32,000 nucleotides of DNA, taken from Trichlorobacter lovleyi SZ (lineage in GTDB: Bacteria > Desulfobacterota > Desulfuromonadia > Geobacterales > Pseudopelobacteraceae). A program made the translations under genes and the position numbers. The first letter of the stretch is position 1; each line of letters opens with the position of its first letter. The notes below the pieces were generated by a model. The model saw only the letters and a program-made list of their open reading frames with translations, did no database searches and was not told where the DNA came from. The stretch lies in assembly GCF_000020385.1 (NCBI RefSeq), contig NC_010814.1, forward strand, positions 2,310,001 through 2,342,000, written 5' to 3'. Positions 1 through 9,702 of the stretch are shown in pieces.

Positions 1-767
1 AGATGCAGATACCAGTTGATCAGCTGGGGGCCATAAAAGATGTAAAGCACAGCCCCCAGAGCCAGATAAGGACCGAACGGGATGGCCAGATGGCGTCCCT
101 TGCGTTGCAGCGCCATGATCGAGAGGCCGGCCACGGTCCCCACCAGTGATGAGGTAAAGATGATAAACGGGACAGCCTTCAGTCCCAGAAAAGCCCCCAG
201 CATGGCAAGCAACTTGGCATCTCCCCCGCCCATTCCCTCACGCCCGGTCAGCCAGAGATAACTGTAAAAAACCAGAGCCAGACTGCCCCAGCCGACAACA
301 ATGCCCAGCAGGGAGGAAAGCCAACCCGGCTCAGGCAGGAAAAAAGAGGCCAGGAAACCAAGGCCGACACCCGGCAGCGAGATCTCATCTGGGATGATCT
401 GATGATCAAAATCAATGAAGGTGACCACAATCAAAGCGGCAACAAGTAGGGAATAGATAAAGAAGGGGACGGTCAGACCGAAACGCAAAAACAGCAGCAG
501 CAGCAGGCAGGCGGTAAGCAGCTCAACCAGGGGATAGCGGATCGAAAAGGCTGCCCCGCACCCCCGGCAGCGCCCCCGCAGCAGCAGCCAGCTGATGATC
601 GGGACATTGTCAAACCAGCGTACGGCTGCACCGCAGGACATGCAGCGGGAACCGGGGCTGACAATTGACTGGTCAAGCGGCAGCCGGTAAATACAGACAT
701 TCAGGAATGAGCCAATCACCGCTCCGAACAGAAACACCACCACCGCCAGGTACATAAGCGGAGGCAT
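1..767 (-). CDS. pilD: Prepilin (type IV pilin) leader peptidase/N-methyltransferase; C-terminal end runs off the window
   Basis: Manual minus-strand translation from the ATG at 767 gives MPPLMYLAVVVFLFGAVIGSFLNVCIYRLP..., two CxxC pairs (CMSCG, CRGCG) and later REGMGGGDAKLLAMLGAFLG, typical of A24 prepilin peptidases. It is absent from the ORF track because there is no stop codon in the window. Confidence 0.85.
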   Translation of the reverse strand, partial: MPPLMYLAVVVFLFGAVIGSFLNVCIYRLPLDQSIVSPGSRCMSCGAAVRWFDNVPIISWLLLRGRCRGCGAAFSIRYPLVELLTACLLLLLFLRFGLTVPFFIYSLLVAALIVVTFIDFDHQIIPDEISLPGVGLGFLASFFLPEPGWLSSLLGIVVGWGSLALVFYSYLWLTGREGMGGGDAKLLAMLGAFLGLKAVPFIIFTSSLVGTVAGLSIMALQRKGRHLAIPFGPYLALGAVLYIFYGPQLINWYLH

Positions 768-769
768 GG

Positions 770-1036
770 CTATTCTTCACCAAATCCATCAATGATCAAG
801 GCGCCGATAGTCTGCATCGCCTCTGCCTCATCCGGCCCTTCTACGGTCAGACGGATCTTTGTGCCCTTTGAAGCAGCAAGCATCATGATCCCCATGATGC
901 TCTTACCATTCACCTCAACCGATTCACGGGCTAATTTAACTTCTGACTGAAATTTGCTGGCAGTCTTGACAAACAGTGCCGATGCACGGGCATGCAGCCC
1001 CAGTTTATTAACGATCTCAAATTCTTGCTGTTGCAT
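770..1036 (-). CDS. ptsH: Phosphocarrier protein HPr
   Basis: 88 aa. His-15 context GLHARAS and Ser-46 context NGKSIMGIM, the HprK target site. Confidence 0.9.
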   Translation of the reverse strand: MQQQEFEIVNKLGLHARASALFVKTASKFQSEVKLARESVEVNGKSIMGIMMLAASKGTKIRLTVEGPDEAEAMQTIGALIIDGFGEE

Positions 1037-1049
1037 GTAAGTACCTGTT

Positions 1050-1442
1050 CTATCTTAGAAATTCTCCAGCAACAATCACACTTTCACGGCCACAACGCAG
1101 CAATGAGGCACACAGTTCCTCCAGAGTCATGCGCTCGCGGCGGGAAAAGAAATCCACCATCATCGGCAGGTTAACGCCGGTCACCACCTCAACCCTGCCC
1201 TCCTGCAAAAATGACATGGCCGCATTGGACGGCGTGCCGCCAAACATGTCGGTCATGATGATCGCCCCATCGCTACCAACCTTTACCAGCGCTTCTGCAA
1301 TACGGGCAACAAGGCCGTCTGCAGGGTCATCAACGTGCAGTTCAACAGCCTCGCAGCAGTCATTACTGCCGGTTATCATGGTTGCCGCTGCAATCAATGA
1401 TGTGGCAAGTCCTGCATGGGTAACAACAACAAGTCCAATCAT
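1050..1442 (-). CDS. PTS EIIA component, mannose/fructose family
   Basis: 130 aa. MIGLVVVTHAGLA... and ...IIMTDMFGGTPSN are typical of the EIIA-Man fold. It sits between rapZ and ptsH. Confidence 0.8.
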   Translation of the reverse strand: MIGLVVVTHAGLATSLIAAATMITGSNDCCEAVELHVDDPADGLVARIAEALVKVGSDGAIIMTDMFGGTPSNAAMSFLQEGRVEVVTGVNLPMMVDFFSRRERMTLEELCASLLRCGRESVIVAGEFLR

Positions 1443-1448
1443 GGCTTA

Positions 1449-2306
1449 CTATCCCTTCTCAATATCACGGTGACTGATACGCACCTTGAGGCCCAATGTC
1501 TCCAAACGGGCGGCAGTTGCCTCGGTAATGGCCACTGAGCGATGCCGTCCGCCGGTACAGCCGATGGCAATCGTCAGATAACTCTTCCCTTCGCGGCAAT
1601 AGGCCGGAATCAGGAACTGCAGCAGGTTAAAAAAGTGATCAAGGAACGCTGTGGTGTCCGGCTGTTCAAGCACGAACTGCCGTACCGCCGGTTCCTGACC
1701 GCTATAGGGGCGCAGCGCAGGAACAAAATGGGGGTTGGGCAAAAAGCGGACATCCATAACCAGACTGGCATCCAGCGGCACACCATAGCGGAAGCCGAAC
1801 GAGACCACTTCCACGGTAAAATTGCTGCTGCCCTGTTCACCCTTGATGGCACGGATCACCTGTTCCTTCAGCTGATGGACATTGAATTCGGAGGTATCGA
1901 TGATTAAGGTGGCATTCTGACGCAGGGCTGCCAGCCGCTCCCGCTCAATCCTGATCCCCTCCGGAACCGTACAGTGCTCGTCAGCCGGATGACGGCGGCG
2001 GGTCTCGGCAAAACGCCTGATCAGCACCTCATCCGAGGCATCAAAAAACAGCACCTCAAGTTCATGTCCCACACTGCGCAACTCACGGAACGACTCGACA
2101 ATCCCTGTGGAGAGGTCTCGGCCCCGGATATCCGTAACCAGCACAACCCCTTTAAAGGACTCGCCGGACTTCTCAATCAGCTCAACAAACTGACGGAACA
2201 GCCGTACCGGCAGGTTATCGATACAGTAGAACCCTTCATCCTCCAGAGCCCGCACTGCGGTTGATTTACCTGAGCCGGACATCCCGGTGATCACCACGAT
2301 CCGCAT
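1449..2306 (-). CDS. rapZ: RNase adapter protein RapZ (P-loop ATPase YhbJ family)
   Basis: 285 aa. N-terminal Walker A GMSGSGKST, C-terminal GCTGGRHRSV motif, and the conserved position downstream of rpoN/hpf. Confidence 0.9.
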   Translation of the reverse strand: MRIVVITGMSGSGKSTAVRALEDEGFYCIDNLPVRLFRQFVELIEKSGESFKGVVLVTDIRGRDLSTGIVESFRELRSVGHELEVLFFDASDEVLIRRFAETRRRHPADEHCTVPEGIRIERERLAALRQNATLIIDTSEFNVHQLKEQVIRAIKGEQGSSNFTVEVVSFGFRYGVPLDASLVMDVRFLPNPHFVPALRPYSGQEPAVRQFVLEQPDTTAFLDHFFNLLQFLIPAYCREGKSYLTIAIGCTGGRHRSVAITEATAARLETLGLKVRISHRDIEKG

Positions 2307-2309
2307 CAG

Positions 2310-3320
2310 CTACTCCACCTCATCCCCAAGGTGCCTGACCTCCATTCGCTCCAGCAGACGTTGCTGAAAATCCTTTGCAGAATGGTAGCCCATCCCTTTC
2401 AGCAGGAAGTTCCGGGCCGCTACCTCAATGATCGAGCCAAGGTTACGCCCCGGTCGAACCGGAATAACCAGATGCGGCAGTTCTACCCCGAGAATGGTGG
2501 TGGTATTGTCATCAATCCCCAATCGGTCATACTCCTGATCGGGATTCCACTCCATCAGTTCCAGCACCAGGTCAATGATCTTCTTTTCACGGATTGACGA
2601 TACGCCGTACAGGTCCTTGATGTTGATGATACCCAGACCGCGGATCTCCATCAGGTGCTGGATCTGCTGCACCGGTTGTCCGACCAGACTGGCCGGCATC
2701 TTCTTCCTGATAAAGACCATATCATCAGCCACCAGCCGGTGCCCGCGGATAACCAGGTCAAGGGCGCATTCACTCTTGCCGATGCCGCTCTTGCCGGTCA
2801 ACAGCATGCCGACCCCCAGCACATCCACCAGCACTCCATGCAGATGGGTGGTAGGGAGCAGCCGTTCCTCAAGGAATTTGGTGATCAGCGAGATGAAGGT
2901 GGAGGACTGATGGGGAGAGACCAGCACCGGAATTGCGTGCTGCTCGGTTATCTCCAGAAAGGCTGCCGGCGGCGTCAGGCCCTTGCTGACAACAAAGCTG
3001 GAGATGGGAAACGAACAGAGTTTTTGCGTGTTGTCACGCAGCCGCTCGTCACTCAGTTGAAACAGATAGGATATTTCGGTATTGCCCAGCACCTGGATAC
3101 GATCAGGGTGCAGATGCTGGGTATAACCGGTCAGAGCCAGACCGGGCTTCTGGATCCGGGATGAACTGACCCGGTGCCCCAGCCCGCTGGCTCCTGCGAT
3201 CAAACGCAGATCAAGACCATACTCCTTGTCGTCGAGCAGATCCTGGATGGAAAGGGTAATGCCGTCCACAGTACGTGGTTGGTATGCCAGGGGAGGCGCA
3301 ACATGCCTCCCCTGAGGCAT
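2310..3320 (-). CDS. hprK: HPr kinase/phosphorylase
   Basis: 336 aa. P-loop GKSGIGKSECALDL and LMEIRGLGIINI, characteristic of HprK/P. The exact start is uncertain. Confidence 0.9.
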   Translation of the reverse strand: MPQGRHVAPPLAYQPRTVDGITLSIQDLLDDKEYGLDLRLIAGASGLGHRVSSSRIQKPGLALTGYTQHLHPDRIQVLGNTEISYLFQLSDERLRDNTQKLCSFPISSFVVSKGLTPPAAFLEITEQHAIPVLVSPHQSSTFISLITKFLEERLLPTTHLHGVLVDVLGVGMLLTGKSGIGKSECALDLVIRGHRLVADDMVFIRKKMPASLVGQPVQQIQHLMEIRGLGIINIKDLYGVSSIREKKIIDLVLELMEWNPDQEYDRLGIDDNTTTILGVELPHLVIPVRPGRNLGSIIEVAARNFLLKGMGYHSAKDFQQRLLERMEVRHLGDEVE

Positions 3321-3323
3321 CCG

Positions 3324-3869
3324 TTAGCCCCGCTGGGGCTCGATCAGACCGAAGTTACCGTCTTTACGACGATACAGGACATTTATTTCGTTGGAGGTTG
3401 CATCAGTGAAAACCAGGAAGTCCTTGTGCAGCAGATCCATCTGCATGACAGCCTCTTCCACCGCCATCGGCTTGGCAGTCTCGGTCTTGGTGGTGATCAC
3501 AACCGGCTCGGCATTGGTCTCAAGACCTTCAGCCTGGAAGACCTTCTTGGACATGGTGCGGCCATTGTTCTCGCCGGCAGGCTTGTGATCCTTCAGTTTT
3601 TCCTTGTAGCGCTTCAGCTGACGCTCGATCTTGTCCAGCACGGCATCAACAGCGGCATACATGTCGTTGGTGGCTTCCGATGCCTTGGTGGTGATACCAC
3701 GACCCGATATCACGATCTCAACAATATGGCGGATCTTCTCAACCGTGAAATAGACCTGAGCCGAAATCGGCTCATCAATGTACTTTGCAACCCGCTCAAG
3801 CTTCTCCTCAGCGTAGCTTTTCAGGGCCTCGCTCTGCTCCATATGCCGAAAGGTTGTCGATACTTGCAT
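3324..3869 (-). CDS. hpf: Ribosome hibernation promoting factor, long form
   Basis: 181 aa. It has an N-terminal sigma-54 modulation/S30EA domain plus a C-terminal extension (VFTDATSNEINVLYRRKDGNFGLIEP), and lies directly downstream of rpoN. Confidence 0.9.
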   Translation of the reverse strand: MQVSTTFRHMEQSEALKSYAEEKLERVAKYIDEPISAQVYFTVEKIRHIVEIVISGRGITTKASEATNDMYAAVDAVLDKIERQLKRYKEKLKDHKPAGENNGRTMSKKVFQAEGLETNAEPVVITTKTETAKPMAVEEAVMQMDLLHKDFLVFTDATSNEINVLYRRKDGNFGLIEPQRG

Positions 3870-3911
3870 GGTTTCTTCCTCCTCCTGTGTAGTTCCCTCT
3901 TGGTAAGTATA

Positions 3912-5360
3912 TCAGAAATGTCGCCGTCGTTCAGACGACGATCCGATACGCATCATTTCACGGTATTTCGTTACGGTCCGCCGGGCAATATTGACGGTGG
4001 CATCAGAGAGCATCTCGGCGATCTTCTGATCGGAAAGCGGTTTGGACGGGTCTTCCTTGTCAATAATATCCTTGATCCGGTTCTTGACACTCTCGGAAGA
4101 AACAGACTCGCCGTCAGATGTGGAGAGACCGCTGTTAAAAAAGTACTTCAGCTCAAACAGCCCCTGGGGGGTCTGCATATATTTGTTGGTGGTAACCCTG
4201 CTGATGGTGGATTCATGCATGCCGATATCTTCTGCCACATCCCGCAGCACCAGAGGGCGCAGTCCCTCAACCCCCCGCTCCAGAAACTCACGCTGGAACT
4301 TGACGATACTCTTGGCCACCCTGAAGATGGTGCGCTGACGCTGTTGAATGCTCTTGATCAGCCATTGGGCGGCCCGCATCTTGTCACCGACATATTCTTC
4401 GGCCTTGGCATCCATGCTGCCGCCGGCCTTGGCTTCGAGATAAAAGGGCGAAAGCCTCAGATTCGGCAGTCCTTCTTCATTCAGCAGCACCACATAATCA
4501 TCCCCCACCTTATGCACAAAGATGTCGGGAGAGATGTAATGCACCTCATCACTGCTGTACAAACGCCCCGGCCGGGGATCAAAACCGGCGATCACGCGAA
4601 TGGCGGCCAGCACGTGTTCAAGCTCAACCTTCAGGCTGCGGGCGATCTGTTTGTAGTTGCGGCTTTCCACTTCCGGCAGATAGCGTAGCAGTATCGCCTC
4701 AACCACGCTGCCTTCCATCCCCAGACTGCGGGCCTGAATCAACAGACATTCCTGCAGAGAACGGGCCCCCACACCACTGGGATCAAACTCCTGAATCCGT
4801 TCCAGCATGGTTTCCACAACCGGCTCCGGTACATCACAGACAACGGCGACATCTGCAATGGTGGAACAGAAATAGCCATCGTCATCAATATTGCCGATGA
4901 CCTCCTCCCCCACCCGCTGTTCCTCATCACTGTACTTGCCCATCTGCAACTGCCAGTGCAGGTGGTCGAACAGGGTCCCCTTGCGGGTCAGCAGATTTTC
5001 AAAGGAGAGCTTGTCATCGTCGTCTCCGGACTGTTCCCCGGAGGTGTAATTGTAGCCGTCAAGGTAGCTGTCCCAGTCGCGCAGGGTCTCTTCACCCGCC
5101 TCAACCTCCTGGAACGAATCGGTGTTTGCCAGAGCCTCATCAGGCAGTTCAGCCTCGACGACCTCCAGCAGCGTTTCACCCTCCCGGACCTCTTCCAGCT
5201 CGGAGGACTCCTCCAGAATCGGATTTTCCTCCAATTCCTGTCGAACCACATCCTGCAGCTCGATCCTGGTCATCTGAAGCAGCTTGATGGCCTGCTGCAA
5301 CTGGGGTGTCATCACCAGTTGCTGCGTCATCTTCAGTTGTTGGCGCATCTCCATCGCCAT
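3912..5360 (-). CDS. rpoN: RNA polymerase sigma-54 factor
   Basis: 482 aa. Gln/Leu-rich region I (QQLKMTQQLVMTPQLQQAIKLLQM), an acidic region II, and the C-terminal RpoN box ARRTVTKYRE. Confidence 0.95.
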   Translation of the reverse strand: MAMEMRQQLKMTQQLVMTPQLQQAIKLLQMTRIELQDVVRQELEENPILEESSELEEVREGETLLEVVEAELPDEALANTDSFQEVEAGEETLRDWDSYLDGYNYTSGEQSGDDDDKLSFENLLTRKGTLFDHLHWQLQMGKYSDEEQRVGEEVIGNIDDDGYFCSTIADVAVVCDVPEPVVETMLERIQEFDPSGVGARSLQECLLIQARSLGMEGSVVEAILLRYLPEVESRNYKQIARSLKVELEHVLAAIRVIAGFDPRPGRLYSSDEVHYISPDIFVHKVGDDYVVLLNEEGLPNLRLSPFYLEAKAGGSMDAKAEEYVGDKMRAAQWLIKSIQQRQRTIFRVAKSIVKFQREFLERGVEGLRPLVLRDVAEDIGMHESTISRVTTNKYMQTPQGLFELKYFFNSGLSTSDGESVSSESVKNRIKDIIDKEDPSKPLSDQKIAEMLSDATVNIARRTVTKYREMMRIGSSSERRRHF

Positions 5361-5378
5361 GACTGCTCCTTGCGGACG

Positions 5379-6122
5379 TTAGAGTTTGAAATCCTCGCCC
5401 AGATAAATCTCCCGGGCCTTTTTACTCTCTGCAATCTGTTCCGGCGTACCGAACTCCAGCACCTCGCCTGCGCTGACAATATAGGCGGCATCACAGACAC
5501 CCAGGGTCTCGCGCACATTATGATCGGAGATCAGAACGCCGATATTGCGGGCTTTCAAGCCGATAATCAACTGTTGAATATCTGCCACGGCAATCGGGTC
5601 AATCCCGGCAAATGGCTCATCCAGCAGTATAAATGCCGGTCTGGTGATCAAGGCCCGTGCGATCTCCACCCGCCTGCGCTCACCGCCTGAAAGTGCATAT
5701 CCTTTGGTATCCGCAACATGGGTGATACCAAACTCCTCCAGCAGCTCCTGGGCGCGGTGCTGTTGCAGCTCCCGGTCCGGCTCGGTGGTCTCGAGGATAG
5801 CCAGCAGGTTATCACGGACCGATAGCTTCCGGAAGACCGACGCCTCCTGGGGCAGGTAACTGATACCGCGCCGTGCCCGTTGATGCATCGGCAGCTCAGT
5901 GATTTCATCCCCGTCCAGCCGGACCTGACCGCCATCGGGCCGCGTCAGTCCCACCATCATGTAGAATGTGGTGGTTTTACCGGCGCCGTTGGGTCCGAGC
6001 AAACCGATCACCTGCCCGGAGTCAAGTGACAGGTTCACCCCCCGCACCACCTGACGGCGGCCATAGGTCTTGCACAGACCTTCGGCGCACAGATTTCTGC
6101 TATGGCTGTTTTTTTGCGTCAT
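5379..6122 (-). CDS. lptB: LPS export ABC transporter ATP-binding protein
   Basis: Walker A GPNGAGKTT, signature LSGGERRRVEIARAL, Walker B ILLDEPFAG. Positioned between lptA and rpoN. Confidence 0.95.
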   Translation of the reverse strand: MTQKNSHSRNLCAEGLCKTYGRRQVVRGVNLSLDSGQVIGLLGPNGAGKTTTFYMMVGLTRPDGGQVRLDGDEITELPMHQRARRGISYLPQEASVFRKLSVRDNLLAILETTEPDRELQQHRAQELLEEFGITHVADTKGYALSGGERRRVEIARALITRPAFILLDEPFAGIDPIAVADIQQLIIGLKARNIGVLISDHNVRETLGVCDAAYIVSAGEVLEFGTPEQIAESKKAREIYLGEDFKL

Positions 6123-6648
6123 GCTTTTTCAGGGTGGCACCTGATTTAGTGGGGTGAATCACCGCTTCAACCCTGGCGTTTTCGCCGCCGATAACCACAC
6201 TGCGATCATCATCCAGATAGTAGACAATCACCTTGCCGGTGATGGAATCCTTGTCCTGCGTCACCTTGGGATTACCGGAAAGGGTGATCTTCCCCTCCCT
6301 GCTCTCATACAGGGCATGTCCACCGGTACCGATCCGGTTGGTCTGCAGAATCCGCACTGAGCCGATCGCCTCTATCTTGTCGACCTGGTCCTGCTTATCG
6401 CCGTAGTAGATAACCAGCTTGTCGGAATAGATGGTAACATCCTCCTGGCGTGCCACCACCCGTCCGGTAAATGTTGCGATCTTGCCTTTATTGTCGGCCT
6501 TCAGTTCATCGGCCTTGATCGTGATGGGCCGAGAAGAACGGTCACGCGCAGCCGCCCCCCCTGACGCCGGCTGAGAAGCAGCCACGGCAGGCAGCACGCC
6601 CAGGAGCCAGACAGAAACAAGCACCAGTATCCGCTCAATCTTTCCCAT
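6100..6648 (-). CDS. lptA: Periplasmic LPS transport protein LptA (OstA-like)
   Basis: Start chosen at MGKIERILVLVSVWLL... (signal peptide). The OstA-like beta-jellyroll sequence ITIKADELKADNKGKIATFTGRVV follows. The ORF-track start at 6702 would overlap lptC heavily. Confidence 0.75.
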   Translation of the reverse strand: MGKIERILVLVSVWLLGVLPAVAASQPASGGAAARDRSSRPITIKADELKADNKGKIATFTGRVVARQEDVTIYSDKLVIYYGDKQDQVDKIEAIGSVRILQTNRIGTGGHALYESREGKITLSGNPKVTQDKDSITGKVIVYYLDDDRSVVIGGENARVEAVIHPTKSGATLKKHDAKKQP

Positions 6649-7216
6649 GTATCCCCTCGACAACCGCCTCCACAGACCCATGGAAACGGGCTTTTTCATC
6701 ATGCAGCGACATCTCCATCCCCTGCGCTGTCAGGGTAAGGCGGCCATCAACAACCTTGACCGGATGATTCGACACCACCAGTCCCGGCACGGAACGGTAC
6801 TCCAGCTGCTCCGTCGTAAAGGTCATTCCCTTCCTGGTAACGGCACGCACATTTTTCTGCATGGTCACCAGATGTTTCTCTTCCAGATAGCTGCCTGCCT
6901 CAGAGGTGATAATCAATCCCCCTGCCTTGCCGCCAAATATTTCCGTCTTCACCCCGGCAAGCTTTGCAGTGCCGGTTTCCTTATCATAATCCGCCCGCTC
7001 GGCAGTCAAATCCCAAAGCTTGTCATTTCCCCGCATTTCAGAGAAGTTCAGCCTGGTGATGGACATATCAATTTCAGGGGAGATTGGTTTGGAAGCGGTT
7101 TCAGGCGGGGTTGAACGGAACTGCCTGAAAAGGATAGCCGCCACCAAGGCAACAGATGCGGTCACGATGACCACTGCCAGAACCTGCCTGATTCGCCTTG
7201 TGCTCGGCATTTGCAT
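6635..7216 (-). CDS. lptC: LPS export system protein LptC
   Basis: A single N-terminal TM helix (IRQVLAVVIVTASVALVAAILF) followed by an LptC-like beta-rich domain, in the conserved kdsC-lptC-lptA order. The start is ambiguous: GTG 7285, ATG 7216 or ATG 7210. Confidence 0.65.
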   Translation of the reverse strand: MQMPSTRRIRQVLAVVIVTASVALVAAILFRQFRSTPPETASKPISPEIDMSITRLNFSEMRGNDKLWDLTAERADYDKETGTAKLAGVKTEIFGGKAGGLIITSEAGSYLEEKHLVTMQKNVRAVTRKGMTFTTEQLEYRSVPGLVVSNHPVKVVDGRLTLTAQGMEMSLHDEKARFHGSVEAVVEGIHGKD

Positions 7217-7299
7217 GGGTGCCACTATAGCATCGGGGCGGCCCGCTGTCCAGAGGATAACCGCCAGGCGGCCGACAGTTGGCACAGAGATTGTATGAA

Positions 7300-7818
7300 T
7301 TACAACTCATACCTCTCAACAACCAGCTCCTGCCACATGCCACGCCCCTTCAGCAACAGGTCGCACAGCTCACGCACGGCGCCCCAGCCACCCCTGGCAC
7401 AGGCAACATAATCCGCCACCTTCAGCACCTCCGGCAGGGCGTCTGCGGGGGCGGCAGAGAAACCGACCCGCCGCATGACCGGCACATCAATCACATCGTC
7501 ACCCATATAGGCAATCTGATGGTCGGCCAGGCCGGTGCGGCGTTTGATCTCATCATAGCTCTCCTGTTTACGCAGCGAGCCCTGATAGAGGATCTCGATC
7601 CCCAGCTCTTTCGCCCGCAGGTCAACCACCGGAGAGACGCGTCCCGTGATGATGCCGACCTGGATACCGGCCCGCTGCACCAGCTTGATGCCATGACCAT
7701 CCTTGACATTGAAGAACTTGATCTCGGTTCCGTTGGCATCCCAGATGATCCGGCCATCGGTCATGACGCCATCCACATCCAGCAGCAGCAGTTCTATATG
7801 TTTGAGCTTATCGTTCAC
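7300..7818 (-). CDS. kdsC: KDO 8-phosphate phosphatase (HAD superfamily)
   Basis: 172 aa. HAD motif I LLLLDVDGVMTDG, and synteny with kdsD. Confidence 0.85.
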   Translation of the reverse strand: MNDKLKHIELLLLDVDGVMTDGRIIWDANGTEIKFFNVKDGHGIKLVQRAGIQVGIITGRVSPVVDLRAKELGIEILYQGSLRKQESYDEIKRRTGLADHQIAYMGDDVIDVPVMRRVGFSAAPADALPEVLKVADYVACARGGWGAVRELCDLLLKGRGMWQELVVERYEL

Positions 7819-8783
7819 GCAATGCCCGCCTTGAGGATATCGTGCAGATGGATCACACCACAGGGGGCCTGACTCTGTTCATCTTCAAACGCAAACAGAG
7901 TGGTGATGGAATGACGCTCCATCAGCTGCAGGGCCGCAGCGGCCAGCTCCCGGCGCAGAATGCGTTTGGGATTGCGGTGCATCAGACTGCCGGCAGTGCT
8001 GTGCAGGATATCCTCACCACGCTCAAGGCAGCGCCGCAGGTCTCCGTCCGTGATCACCCCCGTCAGCTTTCCTTGGGCATCGGTGACTCCGGTGATCCCC
8101 AGCCCCTTGGAGGTAATCACAAACAGCGCCTCTTTCATCAGCATCTCTTCCTGCACCAGCGGAATCGAATCGCCGCCATGCATCAGATCCTCTACCCGCA
8201 GGAGCAGCTTCTTGCCCAGGGCACCACCGGGATGGAAGATGGCAAAATCCTCAGCCTTGAAGCCCCGTTCAACCAGCAATGCCACAGCCAGCGCATCCCC
8301 CATGGCAAGGGTGGCGGTGGTTGAGGAAGTTGGGGCCAGCCCCAGGGGACAGGCCTCTTCGGCAACCGAGACATCCAGAAAGACATCACTGGAACGGGCC
8401 AGATTCGAGGCAGGGTTGCCGCTCATGGCAATCAGGTTGGCCCCCAGACGCTTGATGACCGGCAGAATCCGCAGCAATTCTTCGGTCTCACCACTGTTGG
8501 AGATGCCGATCACCACATCGCCGGTCATAATCATCCCCAGATCGCCGTGAATTCCTTCTGCCGGATGCAGAAAAAAAGCCGGGGTGCCGGTTGAGGCCAT
8601 GGTGGAGGCAATCTTCTGGCCGACCAGACCGGATTTCCCCATACCGCTGACCACCACCCGGCCCGAGCTGGCCAGGATCATCTGCACCGCTTTTTCAAAG
8701 GAACTGTCCAGACGTCCGGCCAGTGCAGCCACCGCTGCGGCCTCGGCCTGAATAACCTTGCGTGCCTCATCAAGAATACTCAT
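7815..8783 (-). CDS. kdsD: Arabinose-5-phosphate isomerase (SIS + tandem CBS domains)
   Basis: 322 aa. SIS motif [24 protein letters not shown] and a C-terminal CBS pair. Confidence 0.9.
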   Translation of the reverse strand: MSILDEARKVIQAEAAAVAALAGRLDSSFEKAVQMILASSGRVVVSGMGKSGLVGQKIASTMASTGTPAFFLHPAEGIHGDLGMIMTGDVVIGISNSGETEELLRILPVIKRLGANLIAMSGNPASNLARSSDVFLDVSVAEEACPLGLAPTSSTTATLAMGDALAVALLVERGFKAEDFAIFHPGGALGKKLLLRVEDLMHGGDSIPLVQEEMLMKEALFVITSKGLGITGVTDAQGKLTGVITDGDLRRCLERGEDILHSTAGSLMHRNPKRILRRELAAAALQLMERHSITTLFAFEDEQSQAPCGVIHLHDILKAGIA

Positions 8784-9598
8784 CGCACCACCGCATCAAG
8801 GGCCTGCAGACGCTTCAACAGGGCCGGAAGTTCAGCAAGGGGGATAGAGTTGGGGCCGTCGCACAGGGCACAGGACGGATCTTCATGCACCTCCATGAAG
8901 ATACCGTCAATACCGGTGGCAACCGCAGCCCGGGACAGGGTTTCCACAAACTCACGCTGGCCGCCGGATGACTCCCCCTGCCCGCCCGGCAGCTGCACAC
9001 TATGGGTGGCATCAAACACCACCGGATAGCCGTAGGAGCGCATAACCGGGAAGGAACGCATATCCACCACCAGATTGTTATAGCCGAAGGAGGCGCCGCG
9101 CTCGGTCAGGATGATATTTTCATTGCCTGAAGCCGCCACTTTACCCACCACATTACGCATATCCCAGGGGGCCAGGAACTGTCCTTTTTTGACATTGACC
9201 ACCTTGCCGGTCTTGGCGGCAGCCACCACCAGATCGGTCTGGCGGCAGAGAAAGGCGGGAATCTGCAACACATCCAGCACCTGGGCAGCCGGAGCCACCT
9301 GTTCAATGGAATGGATATCCGAAAGCACCGGAATACCGAGGCTCTCCTTGACCTTGGACAGAATCCGCAGCCCCTCATCCATACCCGGTCCACGGAAGGC
9401 GTTGATCGACGTCCGGTTGGCCTTGTCATAGGAAGACTTGAAGATCAGCGGCATCCCCAGCCCGTTACAGATGGTCATCAGCCGCTCGGCATGGCGCAGC
9501 GTTGCCTCTTCACTCTCGATCACACAGGGACCGGCAATCAGCACCAGCAGGCGTCCGCCCCCCATTTTAACCGACCCGATCGACAATTCTTTGGTCAT
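8780..9598 (-). CDS. kdsA: 3-deoxy-8-phosphooctulonate (KDO-8-P) synthase
   Basis: Start set at the ATG at 9598 ([31 protein letters not shown]), preceded by the SD AGAGGA. This gives 272 aa. The upstream 154 codons of the tracked ORF lie antisense to ruvB and are not protein-like. Confidence 0.9.
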   Translation of the reverse strand: MTKELSIGSVKMGGGRLLVLIAGPCVIESEEATLRHAERLMTICNGLGMPLIFKSSYDKANRTSINAFRGPGMDEGLRILSKVKESLGIPVLSDIHSIEQVAPAAQVLDVLQIPAFLCRQTDLVVAAAKTGKVVNVKKGQFLAPWDMRNVVGKVAASGNENIILTERGASFGYNNLVVDMRSFPVMRSYGYPVVFDATHSVQLPGGQGESSGGQREFVETLSRAAVATGIDGIFMEVHEDPSCALCDGPNSIPLAELPALLKRLQALDAVVR

Positions 9599-9612
9599 GG
9601 CATCCTCTTTCG

Positions 9613-9644
9613 ATAAAAAGGCCTCGCAATGATCTTCGCGAGGC
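9613..9644 (-). terminator. Terminator-like hairpin plus U-tract in the kdsA 5' leader (possible attenuator)
   Basis: Minus-strand RNA reads GCCUCGC-GAAGAUCAUU-GCGAGGC followed by CUUUUUAU, ending about 10 nt before the kdsA SD. It lies between divergent genes, so it is not a normal 3' terminator. Confidence 0.3.
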
Positions 9645-9673
9645 AGGCTCTTCTTACCACGTTCGCGGCTCCT

Positions 9674-9702
9674 TTGACAAGCGGGCAAAATTCGGTCATA
9701 GT
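9674..9702 (+). promoter_or_regulatory. Candidate sigma-70 promoter for ruvB (TTGACA-N17-CATAGT)
   Basis: A perfect -35 at 9674-9679, a 17-nt spacer and a weak -10 at 9697-9702. The ATG at 9710 has no SD, so the transcript would be near-leaderless. Confidence 0.25.

Noticed and set aside
248-700. The tracked minus-strand ORFs at 248-430 and 473-700.
   Set aside because: They are out of frame with the clearly recognisable pilD reading frame on the same strand, and they are Cys/Ala-rich nonsense.
3174-4688. A 504-aa plus-strand ORF, with similar long ORFs at 4956-5690, 7279-7872, 7842-8550, 1542-1907 and 23783-24220.
   Set aside because: They lie antisense to well-supported genes (hpf/rpoN, lptB, kdsC/kdsD, rapZ, MMPL). 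Their composition is low-complexity and rich in Leu, Gly, Arg and His, and they contain no recognisable motifs. Open antisense frames of this kind are typical of GC-biased coding DNA.
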